Source of the DNA: Chrysochromulina tobinii
Lineage: Eukaryota
Assembly (NCBI GenBank): GCA_001275005.1
Contig: JWZX01002573.1
Location: 1 to 35,888, forward strand
Reading direction: 5' to 3'
Length of the DNA stretch: 35,888 bases
Shown: piece after piece, positions 1 through 11,089 of the stretch
Position numbering within the stretch: the stretch's first letter is position 1
Layout: every line of letters begins with the position of its first letter
Translations under genes and position numbers: made by a program
The notes under the pieces: generated by a model
The model's database searches: none
What the model saw: the letters and a program-made list of their open reading frames with translations, nothing else
Told to the model about the DNA's origin: nothing

Positions 1-212
1 TCACCGGCGACGTTATAGGAGGAACCAACGCACGGGGGCCACGTACTGAGCGCCAGCTGCAGCGCCGTCGTGGCCGCCTCGAGGTCCGCGCCTTCGCGTT
101 TGAACCACGCCTCCACCAGCGCCCGGTGCTCGCGTAGCTCGAGATCGACACGCGGACCGGTAAGTAAACGCTCTCGACTCTGGCTGGCGGCTTGACGTAA
201 CTCTACGTGCAT
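1..212 (-). CDS. Possible 5' part of an unidentified gene running off the left edge
   Basis: ATG at 212 (minus) opens a stop-free frame to base 1 (MHVELRQAASQSRERLLTGPRVDLELREHRALVEAWFKREGADLEAATTALQLALS...). It is divergent from UAP56. No family motif recognised. Confidence 0.35.
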   Translation of the reverse strand, partial: MHVELRQAASQSRERLLTGPRVDLELREHRALVEAWFKREGADLEAATTALQLALSTWPPCVGSSYNVAG

Positions 213-253
213 GCGACCGGGACGTCCCGGAACCGGTTTACCGACTCGCAGCT

Positions 254-333
254 AAGGCCGTAAAAACTAGAGCGTTTTTGCTTTTTCGGTTACCTAGCAA
301 GTCCGTAAACTAGAGCGTTTTTCGCATGGTTAC
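254..333. repeat. Imperfect tandem duplication (~45-nt period) in the divergent promoter region
   Basis: aaggccgtaaaaactagagcgttttt...ggttac (from 254) and aagtccgtaaactagagcgttttt...ggttac (from 299). Confidence 0.7.
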
Positions 334-804
334 TTTTTCGCGACAAGCTTGTTACGATCCGAACTCTATCATCCGAAGTCACCACGACACCACCTTTACG
401 ACACGTATGTCGTATCCTGTGAATCGAATGCGAACAGCGCGCCTGATTATATTGCTCGGGACTACTCACTCTCGCTATCACCAAAACAAACCTCATGTTT
501 CCGGGCACGCCCCGGTGGCGTCGGGTGCTCGACACCACGCGCGCGATGCATGCATTTCCCTTTCAGATACCCACTTTTGGGTTGTGTCTTTTTTGTAACC
601 CTTTTGTCCAATATGGTGACCTCTACCCTCGTTATCCCGTTTCTTGCGACCGTTATCGCTTCCCCCCGTACGAAAATCGTACGCCCGGCGCGTCCCCGGA
701 GGGGGGGGGAAACCTCGTGCGTAGGGTCCAGGCTCGATACTAAAAAAATCCCTTGCGCGAGTTGTCAAAGCGACGCGGCCAGCCTCCCGTCGACACTGCA
801 AAGA

Positions 805-2824
805 ATGGCCGAGTTGAACGATGATGATCTGGTCGACTACGAAGAGGTGCCTTCGATGCACATGCACAAACCGAGGAACGAACACACCCACTCTGGAGTT
901 GTAGCGTTCCCCACGTCACTCACGCCGTGTGCCTCACAGGACGAGGCTGCCGAGGAGAGCAAGCCGCAGGACGAAGTCAAAAAGTGAGGATCCTTTCTCG
1001 ACCCATATATGCGTGTGGCTGTCCTCGCGCGAAGCCCCGCATCCCGAAACCCATCTCTGTATCGTGGCATGACGCCACCGCGTCGAATCTTGCATTTAGG
1101 GGAGGAACGTACTCGGGCATTCATGCCTCTGGCTTTCGGTGTGCCTATGCTCGACCTTTAACTTCATGCCATGTCTATCGTGCACGAGTGACGAGGGCCC
1201 ACCCGCTCCCACCACTTTACGCAGCGACTTCCTCCTCAAACCCGAGTTGCTGCGTGCTGTCGTCGATTGTGGCTTCGAGCACCCCTCCGAGGTTCAGTCC
1301 GAGTGCATCCCGCAGGCCATTCTGGGCATGGACGTACTATGCCAGGCCAAGTCGGGCATGGGCAAGACGGCGGTCTTCGTCTTATCGACGCTGCACCAGC
1401 TGGAAGCCAAGGAGGAGGCTGTCGGCGCCCTGGTACGCCCGTGCGTTTGCCATACCACACACGCTCGGAGCGCGCGATCATCGGCGCATTAACGCGCGCG
1501 ACACCGCATGGAGTGCAAGAGTTCCCGGAAAACTCTTTTAAGTTTGGACGCGTCCTCGCGCAGGTACTTTGCCACACGCGTGAGCTCGCCTTCCAAATCT
1601 GCAACGAGTTTGAACGCTTCTCGCGCTACTTGCCTGACATCAAGACCAAGGTCTTTTACGGCGGCGTGCCGGTGGCCGAGCACAAGCGCATCCTCAAGTC
1701 CGAGTGCCCGCACATCATCGTCGGCACCCCGGGCCGGGTGCTTCAGCTCGTCCGCGAAAAGGAGCTTGCGACCAAGGGGATCAGTGCGTGCTCCGCCAAT
1801 GATCCCTGTCTTGCTTTTGCGCCCGAAGATAGATGAGGCGGCGCCACGGGAGGGAGTGCGACGACCCCAGTTAAGCCTGCCTTAAAGTGCTGTCCCCTCT
1901 TCCGCCCCTCGTCTGCCCCTGCCCAGAGCACTTCATCTTGGACGAGTGCGACCAGATGCTGCAAGCGCTGGACATGCGCAGGGACGTGCAGGAGATCTTC
2001 AAGAACACGCCACACGAGAAGCAGGTTAGCTCGGACGCCCACCTTCCGTCGGACTTCAGATGTCTAGTATGAGTCGCTCTTCCCGGCCTGCTTCCCGAAA
2101 TGTGTGCAGGTGATGATGTTTTCCGCGACACTCGCCGAGGAGATGCGCACGGTGTGCAAAAAGTTTATGCAGGACCCCATGGAGATTTACGTCGACGACT
2201 CGAAACTCACTCTGCACGGCCTGCAGCAGCACTATGTCAAGCTCGCAGAGAATGAGAAGAATCGTAAGCTCAACGAGCTGCTCGATGCTCTCGAGTTCAA
2301 TCAAGTGGTTGTGTTCGTCAAGTCGGTGCAGCGTGCAATCCAGGTGTCGATGGACCGCTTGGAACTTGGGCGGATGTCCTGGCGTGTCGCACTCTCACCT
2401 GGACGGGAACGCCCACATGCCGTTCCCCCCCTCCGTATTCCGCGCGCAGCTCGACAAGCTACTGCAAGAGTGCAACTTTCCGTCCGTGGCCATCCATGCT
2501 AACATGAAGCAGGAGGATCGCATCAAGATGTACCAAAGTTTCAAGGATTTCAAGCACCGTATCCTCGTATCGACCGACATCTGGGGGCGCGGCATCGACA
2601 TTGAGCGCGTCAACATCGTCGTCAACTACGACATGCCCGACAGCCCCGACTCGTATCTGCACCGCGTCGGCCGCGCGGGGCGCTTTGGCACCAAAGGGCT
2701 AGCTATCACCTTCGCCTCGTCGGACGAGGACGCCAAGGTGCTCGAGTCCGTGCAGTCACGCTTCGAGGTGTCCATCACGCAGCTGCCTGAGAGCATCGAT
2801 GTGTCGTCGTACATGACGGCCTGA
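805..2824 (+). CDS. UAP56: DECD-box RNA helicase UAP56/SUB2/DDX39, 8 exons (805-846, 940-983, 1100-1138, 1225-1432, 1564-1783, 1927-2024, 2110-2343, 2450-2824)
   Basis: Spliced product has [81 protein letters not shown] and [15 protein letters not shown]. Seven GT-AG introns join the frames exactly. Confidence 0.97.
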
Positions 2825-2869
2825 TGTCTCGTTGTCGGGTTTGGCAATGTCTCGATGTCGCGTTTGGCA
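2824..2869. repeat. 23-nt tandem duplication at the UAP56 stop/3'UTR
   Basis: atgtctcgttgtcgggtttggca followed by atgtctcgatgtcgcgtttggca (21/23 identical). Confidence 0.75.
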
Positions 2870-3748
2870 ATAGGTGATCACCGGAACGTTTCTACGGCTT
2901 TAGCGCCCGCATCATTGAGATCATTGAGAGTACTACGTCGCCACGCCACGGGATGCTGAACAAGTGAGAGTCCTCCCTTGGGACTCCAGTCCTCGGTTGC
3001 TCCGGGAGTACGGTGCGGTGCGGGGCGACTCTGGGGAGCGGGGTGCCGACATGATGGTTGAACTCCGTAGAGGCAGTGACGTTTACCGTCTGTGCGCGGG
3101 TCTGGGGCGCGCCCGTAGGCGTAACGCCCACGCGGTAAACCAACAGTTTGTGGTCGAATTCTATAATTTTGATCTATTGAAGCGCACGCGGAGCGTCCGC
3201 GATGCCGAGCGCCGCACCGAGCGCCGTACGGAGCGCATGCCACGATATCGTGGCCCCCCCGTCAATTCTCAATATCGCACAAACCGACGAGTGGTCACGG
3301 CATTGTACGAAAAGGATTTTAGTTCCCGCTGTTTCGCCCCTCTCCGCCCCTCGGCGCCCCTCGCCCTCGCCCCTCGTTTTCGGTTTGAGCGTTCCTCACC
3401 GGCTGTCGTCGTGCTGCCACCGCGCGCCCAGATCTCGATAAAATAGACACGTAGTCGAGCCGCTGCTCATAGAAGATGTGTTCGTATGTTGCACCCGCTT
3501 CCTAAGAATGTATATTCATTGTGTCTCGTCTCGACATTGCCATTGGCTATCACCACTCACCCACCAAGATGGTTGCTGCGAGGGGGAGCCTACGAAAAAG
3601 ATGGTTGTGAGGTTCGTCTTTGTGATCCGTGTAAAATACAAAACCCTACAATGTATCAGCATGTGTGCGTGTTAACGTTCACACTCCTTCAAGTTTTCCC
3701 ACGAGGGGTGCGCGGCGGGGTGGGTCCAGGATTCCAGTCGCGACGAAG

Positions 3749-4951
3749 ATGCGCCCCGATGAAGCGAGGCTGCTCCAGCTGCGGGAGCGCTACGGCGAAG
3801 ACAGCAAGACCAGTTTGCCGAGCCATAAATCGGCAGTGCCGCTGTGGATGATCATGGCCACATACGTTGGCACCGCCCTGATGCAGCCCACGTTCACCGA
3901 CCGGATTCGATATTCTGGCGGCGCGGGACACATTGGTTGGCCACCCACGGTGCTCAACCAGCTTGCAAACGTCTTGTCCATGACCTTTGTGGGGCTGTTC
4001 GTCTGTGGTCGCTTACTCTCCACATTCTTCGGCGGCAGCACCACAGAGGGCGCCATGTCAGCCATGCTCATGACGGCTTTTATCGACTTAATCTCGGGAG
4101 TTTTGGTCACGACGGGGTTGCTCAGCGAGTAGCACCGGGCTCGAACCTCCTACGCCCCTCCCCCTTCCCGTGGCCACTGTTTCTCACCAGCCCATCCCTC
4201 GAGTCCGCCTTGAGCAGTCCTGGGCAGCGGGCTGTTCGTGGTCATCTACAGCTCGACTACCGTCTGGACGGCGCTTTGGGCCTCTTGGAACGGCGAGCGC
4301 CTGTCGGCAGGTCGCTGGCTCGGCGTGCTCCTCATCTTTCTGGGCATGCTCCTCAACACAGGCGGGAGCTTTGCCCAGGTCAAGGGAGACGCCACGGCCA
4401 CTTCCACGATGATTGTGGGCGTCATCGCCTGCCTGTGCGGGACGATTCTGCATGCGGCCATGTTTGTGTACTCGGAGGTGGCCATTAAGCGCGTGGGCAT
4501 CGAGCCGCTCGTGCTGAGCGCCAGCATGGGCATTGTGGAGACGAGCTGTCTCGCCGCGTGGAACTTGGGCCTTCTCGCGACCGAGGGTCCCGAGCTCTAC
4601 GTCGACCCGAGGCACACAGGGGATGTGGACGGGACGTACATCCTCACGCTCTACGGCGGGCTCATTCTCGTGAACGCGGCGCACGCTTGGTCTTTCTTCA
4701 ACATGCTCGACCAGGTGGGCGCCGTCTCGTCTGCCGTTATGAAGGGCGCGCAGGTCGTGCTTGTCTTCGCCAGCTCTGTGGTCTTCTTTTGCCAATTCCA
4801 AGCGTCGCAGTGCTTCTCGTGGTCAAAGGCGATCGCCGTGGCCGTCGTCGTCGCTGGCCTCCTCATCTACGCATACAGCACCTCGCAGGACAAAGCTTCG
4901 CCGCCCAAGCCACCTGCCGCGACGAAGCTACCGAAGCCGGAGCTGGTGTGA
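3749..4951 (+). CDS. Drug/metabolite transporter (DMT/EamA, SLC35F-like) multi-pass membrane protein, 2 exons (3749-4124, 4218-4951)
   Basis: About 10 hydrophobic segments. DMT-like signatures GLL-ILGSGLFVVIYSSTTVWTALW...ERLSAGRWLGVLLIFLG and VGAVSSAVMKGAQVVLVF. The two ORFs share a frame across a 93-nt intron. Confidence 0.8.
4125..4217 (+). other. GC-AG intron (93 nt)
   Basis: Donor CA|GCGAGT, acceptor TGAGCAG|TC. Removal deletes the in-frame TAG (4130-4132) and gives ...GLL-I-LGSG. Confidence 0.7.
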
Positions 4952-5315
4952 AGCACCGCCGATTGGTGGTGTGAACTGGACTTCGGTGTTTGTCGCGTTG
5001 GTGGTACGCATTCATCCATTGTCAAGGTGACTACAATCGATGTATCCTACACGACAGCGTAGGTGAGTCGCACTTTGAGTCGCCGAAGCGTGCGCACTTC
5101 GAGAGGTGGTGTGTAACCGGGCAGTCTGTGTGAGAACGTCCTCGTGCTTTGTGAACGAATGAGAGAGCGGTCTGCGAGTTCTTGTGTAGGGTTCTCGTGA
5201 AGTACTTGACATCGAACGGCGGGCTAAGGTGCTTTCTCGATTCACATGAATGAAAAAGTAATGGAGCAGTTCGCCCCGACCGAAACGGGCGGAGCGGTAC
5301 GCCGTCCCGCATCAT

Positions 5316-7490
5316 ATGGGCGACGAGCAGCACAACAAGTTCGTACTCAAGGAGCGCGAGAAGCTGCAGGCGCGCGAGAAGGCGCTCGAGAAGCGCGAGG
5401 CTGAGGCGGCGGCGGCATTCGAGTCCAACGCTCAGCTCCAGGCGGAGCTCAAGGCCAAGGCGGGCCAGCTCGAGCAGGCTGCAGTGCAGCTGCGCAAGCG
5501 CGACGAAGAGCGCGACGCACTGCGTCGCGAGAATGACGCCGCGCGGCGCGAGCTTGCAGCCGCGCAGGCCGAGGCGGCCAAGGCCAAGCAGGCTGCCGGC
5601 TCGGGCGCAGTCGCCAAGGCGGAGGCGGCGGCGGCGGCGCACCGTCTAGAGGGGGCACAGTACGAGAACTCACGGCTGCGAACGGAGGCGACGACGGCGA
5701 AGCATGATGCCGCCTCGGCGCGCAAGACGCTCGAGGAGTCGATCGAACGTCTTCGCGACACGGTGGCGGCACTGGCAGAGCAAGAGGCGGTGCTCCTCGC
5801 TCTGCAGCGGAATGCCAAGCAAGACGAGCAAGCGCTCGCGCAGGCGCGGGCGGAGCTGGCGGCGCAGCGCGCCCAGATGGAGCAGACGGCCTCCTCCGCC
5901 GAGTCGCTCCGCCACGTCGTCCAGCTCGCCCTGGCCAGGCTGATCCGTTTACTCCAGCAGCTACGGCAGCAGCGCGACGCGCTGGTGCAGACGCAGACCG
6001 ATCTGAGGCAGCTCGAGGAGCTGCGCTGCGCGGACGCGGATCGGATGGCGGAGCTGAGATTGCAGCTCGAGGACGAGCAGCGGAGGCGCGCCGCGGCGGC
6101 GCAGGAATCGTCCGCGCTCGAGGCGGCGCTCCAAAAGGAGATTGCGAAGCTCGCGGCGGCGAACGAGGTGAAGCGCGAGGTCATCGAGCGGCTGACCAAG
6201 ACGGCGCTCGAAGGCGAGCGCCACGTGGCCGAGACGCAGAGCCAGCTCGAGCAGTCGCAGAGCCAGCTCGAAGCTATGCAGGCCCAGTGCGGCGGCATGC
6301 GAGAGCAGCTCGTGGATCAGGCGACTCAGCTGGCGCGCGATGAGGAGCGCATCGCGCAGCTCGAAGCGGCGCTCGTCGAGCGCATGCGATGGATTGAATC
6401 GCTCGAGACGACGCAGACGATGCACCGCAAACGGATCGCGGAGCTCTATGAGCATCTACGTCTCTTCCTCTCGCTGAGCGGCGCCGAATGGCGAGCCGGC
6501 GTGGGCGCCGGCGTGGGCGGCGACGGCATGATGGAGGTGGCGGAGAGCTCTGCGGCGGCCGCCGCGAACGAGCTCGAGATCACGCTGATGCAGGCGGAGC
6601 TCGCAGGGCTGGGCGAGCGCGTCAAGGTCCTGTCAAGGACCCCTGATGACGACCTCTGAGGATGACCTCTGAGGATGACCTCTGATGATGACCTCTGATG
6701 ATGACCTCTGATGATGACCTCTGATTGGCTCCCGCATCAGGTCCTGACCAACGAGCGACAAGCTCTCCTCTCCAAGGTGCCGCCTTATGACCTGACCATC
6801 GAAGCGCCCGCGGCCTTCGCTCCGGGCGGCAGCGGCGGAGTGGGCGGGGGCGGCGGCGATGGCGGTGGCGGCGGGTGTTGCGGCGACGAGACCGCGATGA
6901 CGACCGGCGGCGAGCACGAGGGCAAAAGGAGTCCGAAGGTCAGGACGAAGGACGCTAAGCGCGCGGAGAAGGCACGTGCGGATGCGGATCAGGAGATCGA
7001 GAGCTTACGAGCCCGGGCCGTCCAGGCGGAGGCCCACGTGGCCGAGCTACAGCGGCAGCTACGCGCCAAGGCGAGCCGGCTACGCCAGCTCGGAGGTGGA
7101 GCTCATGCCGGAGGTGTCGCAGGCGAGGCGCCGTCGCTCAAGATAGCAGCCCCGTCGGCGGGGCGCGCGGGCGGCGGCGCGGGCGGCGATCGGGCAAGCG
7201 ATGCGGCAGGGGGCAGCGGCGGAGGCACAGCGGAGGAGGGGCGCGCTGTCGTGGGGCTGCAGCGCGAGCTCGAGGCGAAGAATGCCGAGATCGCCGAGAT
7301 GAAGACGCAACTCGCCGTGCTCAAGGATATGGTGCGCGCGCGCCAAGCGGACGCACGCACCATGGAGATGCAGAATGCGCGGCTGCGGCGCAAGGTGCAA
7401 GGAGGTGGAGGTGGAGGTGGAGGCAGCGGTGGTGGTCCCAACTCGCCTGCCCGGCCAACCAACGTCATGGAACAGCTGCCGAGCGAATGA
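5316..7490 (+). CDS. Long coiled-coil protein of unknown function, 2 exons (5316-6626, 6741-7490)
   Basis: A/E/Q/L/R-rich heptad sequence with Gly-rich linkers. ORFs 5316 and 6711 share a frame across a 114-nt GT-AG intron (ERVK|VLTNERQ). Confidence 0.8.
6627..6740 (+). repeat. Repeat-filled intron: ~7 x 13-nt GACCTCTGA(G/T)GAT
   Basis: AAG|GTCCTG...CCCGCATCAG|GTCCTG. Units run 6638-6728. Contains the in-frame stop at 6657-6659. Confidence 0.85.
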
Positions 7491-7859
7491 GTATCGTGCG
7501 CACTGTGGCCGTCCCGTGTTGCGCAGGCGAACCACACGATGACACGAACACTCGCGACTGAGTGCCCGACTCGGCGGTGCAGCCGCTGCGCGCGATACGC
7601 GATAGAGAGATCGCTGACGATGAGATGCTGATCTTCGACGCAACATGATGATTGCATGAAGCGATGAACGATGTATGTTGTATCAAGCGGGTGGAAGGGA
7701 GCGAAATTCGCAAAATCTATTGTTCAGTGGACACTGCTTTTTGAAAGCACACCGCGGGACATACACGCCGCAGCCTCGGGCGAGACCCGCCGGTGTCCCG
7801 CTGGTGCCTGGTCTCCCTGGTCGGGTCGGAATCGAGATGAGCCGCGACAAGCGCAGGGC

Positions 7860-8834
7860 TCAGGAGGCCTCCTGCCCCAGGCACGAGGCCTGCCCAATGC
7901 ACGACTTGGCCTCCTCCACCGGCCCCAGGTGCGAAGGTGGCCAGTAGACCACGGTGGCGTGCCCGATGATGTTCTTCATCGGCAAGAAGCCCCAGTAATG
8001 CGAGTCGAAGGAGTGGTTGCGGTTGTCGCCGAGTACGAAGACGGAGCCCGCGGGCACGGTCAGGGTGTCCAGGTCGTACTCCGCCAGCTCGTTCGTGTAC
8101 GGCTCGTTGAGCGTGTTGCCGTTGAGAATCAGCCTCCCGCCGCGCACCGCGACAGTGTCCCCGGGCACGGCGACCACGCGCTTGATGACGGCCTCGCCGT
8201 CGGGTTTACGAGCCGTCAGGTCCCAGAAGAGGGGCGGCGGGTCGAACACCACCACCTCGCCGCGCAGCGGCTGCCGGTACCATTTGGTCACCTTCTCGAC
8301 GGCGAGCTGGTCGTTCACGTCAAACGTGGGGTACATGCTGAGCGACGGGATGTAGCGCGGCTCGACGATCAGGAAGCGGATCGCGAGGAAGAAGGCAAAG
8401 GTCGGGATGAACTCGCGCGCGAAGTCAAAGGTCTCGCCCTCGCCACGCCGCAGCAGCGCCCACTCGTTCGCGAGCGACTGCGCCAACGTGCGCTGCTCCA
8501 CGATGTCTCCCTCTGGCGGCTGGAGCGGCGCCGGCGGCGGCGCGGCTGGGCTGACGCCTTCCGCCACGCCAAACTTGCGCAGAATCTGGTCGATGCGATT
8601 CGACGAGCCTCCGCTGCTGCTGCTGCCGCCGCCGCCGCTGCCGCCGCTGCTGCCGGTGCTGCTGCTGCCCCTCTCCTCGGTGAGGGTGAGGAGCGCCGAG
8701 CGCCTTCGCTGCAGCTGCTGCGGCTGAGAAGGCGCGCCGCATGATAGCAGGCTGCTGCGTGCGAGTCGTGTCGTACCGGCGAGCGACGACACCAGGGCCA
8801 ACGAGGGCAACAGGAGGCACAGCATTAGGGTCAT
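7860..8834 (-). CDS. lepB: Type I signal peptidase (S26), plastid/thylakoid processing peptidase-like, with bipartite presequence
   Basis: IRFLIVEPRYIPSLSMYPT (catalytic Ser), VIKRVVAVPGD (catalytic Lys), VFVLGDNRNHSFDSHYWG. N-terminal hydrophobic signal peptide followed by a Ser/Arg-rich transit-like region. Confidence 0.92.
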   Translation of the reverse strand: MTLMLCLLLPSLALVSSLAGTTRLARSSLLSCGAPSQPQQLQRRRSALLTLTEERGSSSTGSSGGSGGGGSSSSGGSSNRIDQILRKFGVAEGVSPAAPPPAPLQPPEGDIVEQRTLAQSLANEWALLRRGEGETFDFAREFIPTFAFFLAIRFLIVEPRYIPSLSMYPTFDVNDQLAVEKVTKWYRQPLRGEVVVFDPPPLFWDLTARKPDGEAVIKRVVAVPGDTVAVRGGRLILNGNTLNEPYTNELAEYDLDTLTVPAGSVFVLGDNRNHSFDSHYWGFLPMKNIIGHATVVYWPPSHLGPVEEAKSCIGQASCLGQEAS

Positions 8835-9169
8835 GAGGTCCACGAGCTCTCACCCCGCGGTGATGAAGGACTATTATAAATAGTGCGGATTTCTCCCCCG
8901 CGATTTGATGCATGGTCACCACGGGAAGCCCCATGTTTTGATCTCGCTACTTCTCGCCGAACTTGAAGGAAACGCAGTTACGCGCTGAGTGCAGTTCTGA
9001 GGACTTGATTGCTCATTAGGTGCGCAGCGAAGCCCATGGGCAACGCGGTCTGCCTAGGTCGCGGCTTTTAGTGCCGCCTCCCTAGGGAATAGGGCGGGCG
9101 AAGCGCGCCTGAGCCAGGCGTGTGCCTGTAGGAGGGAGCGACCGCCCCAGCCGGCATCCAGAAAGTGCG

Positions 9170-10620
9170 ATGCTGGCGACTAGCTCACTCGCCGATGATG
9201 CCGCTTTCACGCTGGTCAGCGGCAGCGCAGGCAGGAAGGTGGATGCGACAGAGATGGGCAAGGTCTTCGTCGGTGGCCTGTCACGCGAGACAACGACCGA
9301 TGGCCTGCGCCTGTACTTTGAGCGCTTCGGAGAAATATGCGACTGCGTCGTCATGAAGGATCGCTCAACGGGTGCCCCCCGTGGCTTTGGCTTCGTCACT
9401 TACACTTCGCAAACAGTGGCCGACCGCGTGGTGCACCACCGGCATGTCATCGACGGCAAGGAGGTAGAGGCGAAGCCGGCGGTGCCTCGCGAATCGGAGA
9501 CGCTCGCCACGCAGCGGTCCGTCCTGCCGCCGCCGCTGCAGCCCGGCATGGGGCGTACAATGCCCGGCTTCGCGCCGCCGAACCTCGCGTCGCAAAACGG
9601 TGGGGCGCAGGGGACGACACCATCGTTTGGTGGCGGCCAGGGCAGCTTCGGCGCGCCGCCACAGCGCACCGGCGCGCCCCCGAACGGCGGCGGCGGCGGC
9701 TTGCTAGGCGGTTCGGGTGGCGGGCGCGGTGGGGGGCGCGGCAGCGGCGCCATGCACGGCTCGTCTCAGTTCGGCGGCTCGGGTGGCGGCGCCAATGCTG
9801 AGTTCCCGACGAACAAGATCTTCGTGGGCGGCCTCTCGCACGACACGAGCGAGAACGACTTCGTCGGCTACTTTTCGCTCTTCGGGCCTGTCATCGACTG
9901 CGTCATCATGTGCGACCCGCACACGCGCAAGCCACGTGGCTTTGGCTTCATCACCTTTGACAACACGGCGGCTGTGGATCGTGCGTGCGTCAACAAGTTC
10001 CACGAGCTCAACGGCAAGTTTGTCGAGGTCAAGCGCGCCATCCCACAGGAGCGCATGAACGAGGCTGAGGGTGTCGGCGACGGCATGAGCCTGAGCGGCT
10101 TCGCAGTGGGAAAGGGGAGCGGCGGCCGCGGCCGTGGCGGACCGATGGGCGGATTCCCAAGCGGTGGCGGGGTGCCGATGGGCGCCTCGCCGACGGGTGC
10201 GGCCTTCTCCAACGGCGGGCGTGGCGGCGGCTTGCGCGCCGTCGACTACTCGCAGAGTGGCCTCGACGCAGCTCTCTCAACGGCCAATTCGGTCCTCGCC
10301 TCCCTGGCGGAGCCTCCTCAGGACGTGCCTCACCGTTCCGAGACACAGGTACCCTCGAGCCTCCTCTCGGCCTTCTCGAACCCGAGCAACTTCTCGTCGG
10401 CCACCGAGTCCCTTCGCAGCGGCTCGCGGGCTGGCTACGGCGCCATCGAGCAGGCCTTCGCGGGCGCCGACGATCCGAGCACGCAACGGCCCTCGGTGGC
10501 GGCGGGAGTGGGCGGCGCCGCCCAACACGGCGTCCTTTCGGGGGTCGCGCAGGAGCAGATGAGCGCGCTGCAAGCCGACCAGCAGCGCCAGCTGGATCAG
10601 TACCAGATGCAGCAGCAGCT

Positions 10621-10659
<39 letters not shown>

Positions 10660-11089
10660 CTTCCAGTTCCAGCAGCAGCTCCTCAAGCAGCACAAGCAGT
10701 CGCAGGCGCAGCTCATGCAGTTGCAGCACCAGCACGAGCAGCAGGCGTTGCTGCAGCAGCAGGCGCAGCAGCTCCAGATCCTCCAGCAGGCGCAGCTGCA
10801 GCAGCAGCAGCTGATGCAGCGCAACCTGCTCGAAGGCCAAGGGGACGGCGACGACACCCTGAGCGCCGCCGATGCCACGATGCAGCGTCTTTCGTCCCTC
10901 GGAATAGACGACGGGCTCCCCCTGCCTGCGTCCGCCGCGTCCTCGCTGCAGTCCACCACGCTGCCGTCGGCCTCGCTGCCGGTGGCGCTTCCAGCGGCAC
11001 AGCTGCCGGGGGCACAACTCCCGGGCGCGCAGCTACCAATCAACTCGCTGCCCTCGAGTGGAGCGCTCCTTCCGGGCTTCTTCCATTAG
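9170..11089 (+). CDS. Two-RRM RNA-binding protein (hnRNP A/B/D, Musashi/DAZAP1-like) with Gly/RGG-rich and poly-Q regions
   Basis: RRM1 KVFVGGLS...PRGFGFVTY and RRM2 KIFVGGLS...PRGFGFITF...GKFVEVKRAIP. Appears intronless. Start could be 9170 or 9253. Confidence 0.9.
10580..10820 (+). repeat. Coding CAG/poly-Gln tract
   Basis: Dense CAG runs in frame with the RRM protein. Confidence 0.85.

Noticed and set aside
349..804. N-terminal extension of the 349-987 ORF
   Set aside because: AT-rich promoter-like sequence; UAP56 similarity begins at ATG 805.
2964..3446. 160-aa ORF between UAP56 and the transporter
   Set aside because: No recognisable motif and weak codon bias; likely UTR or intergenic.
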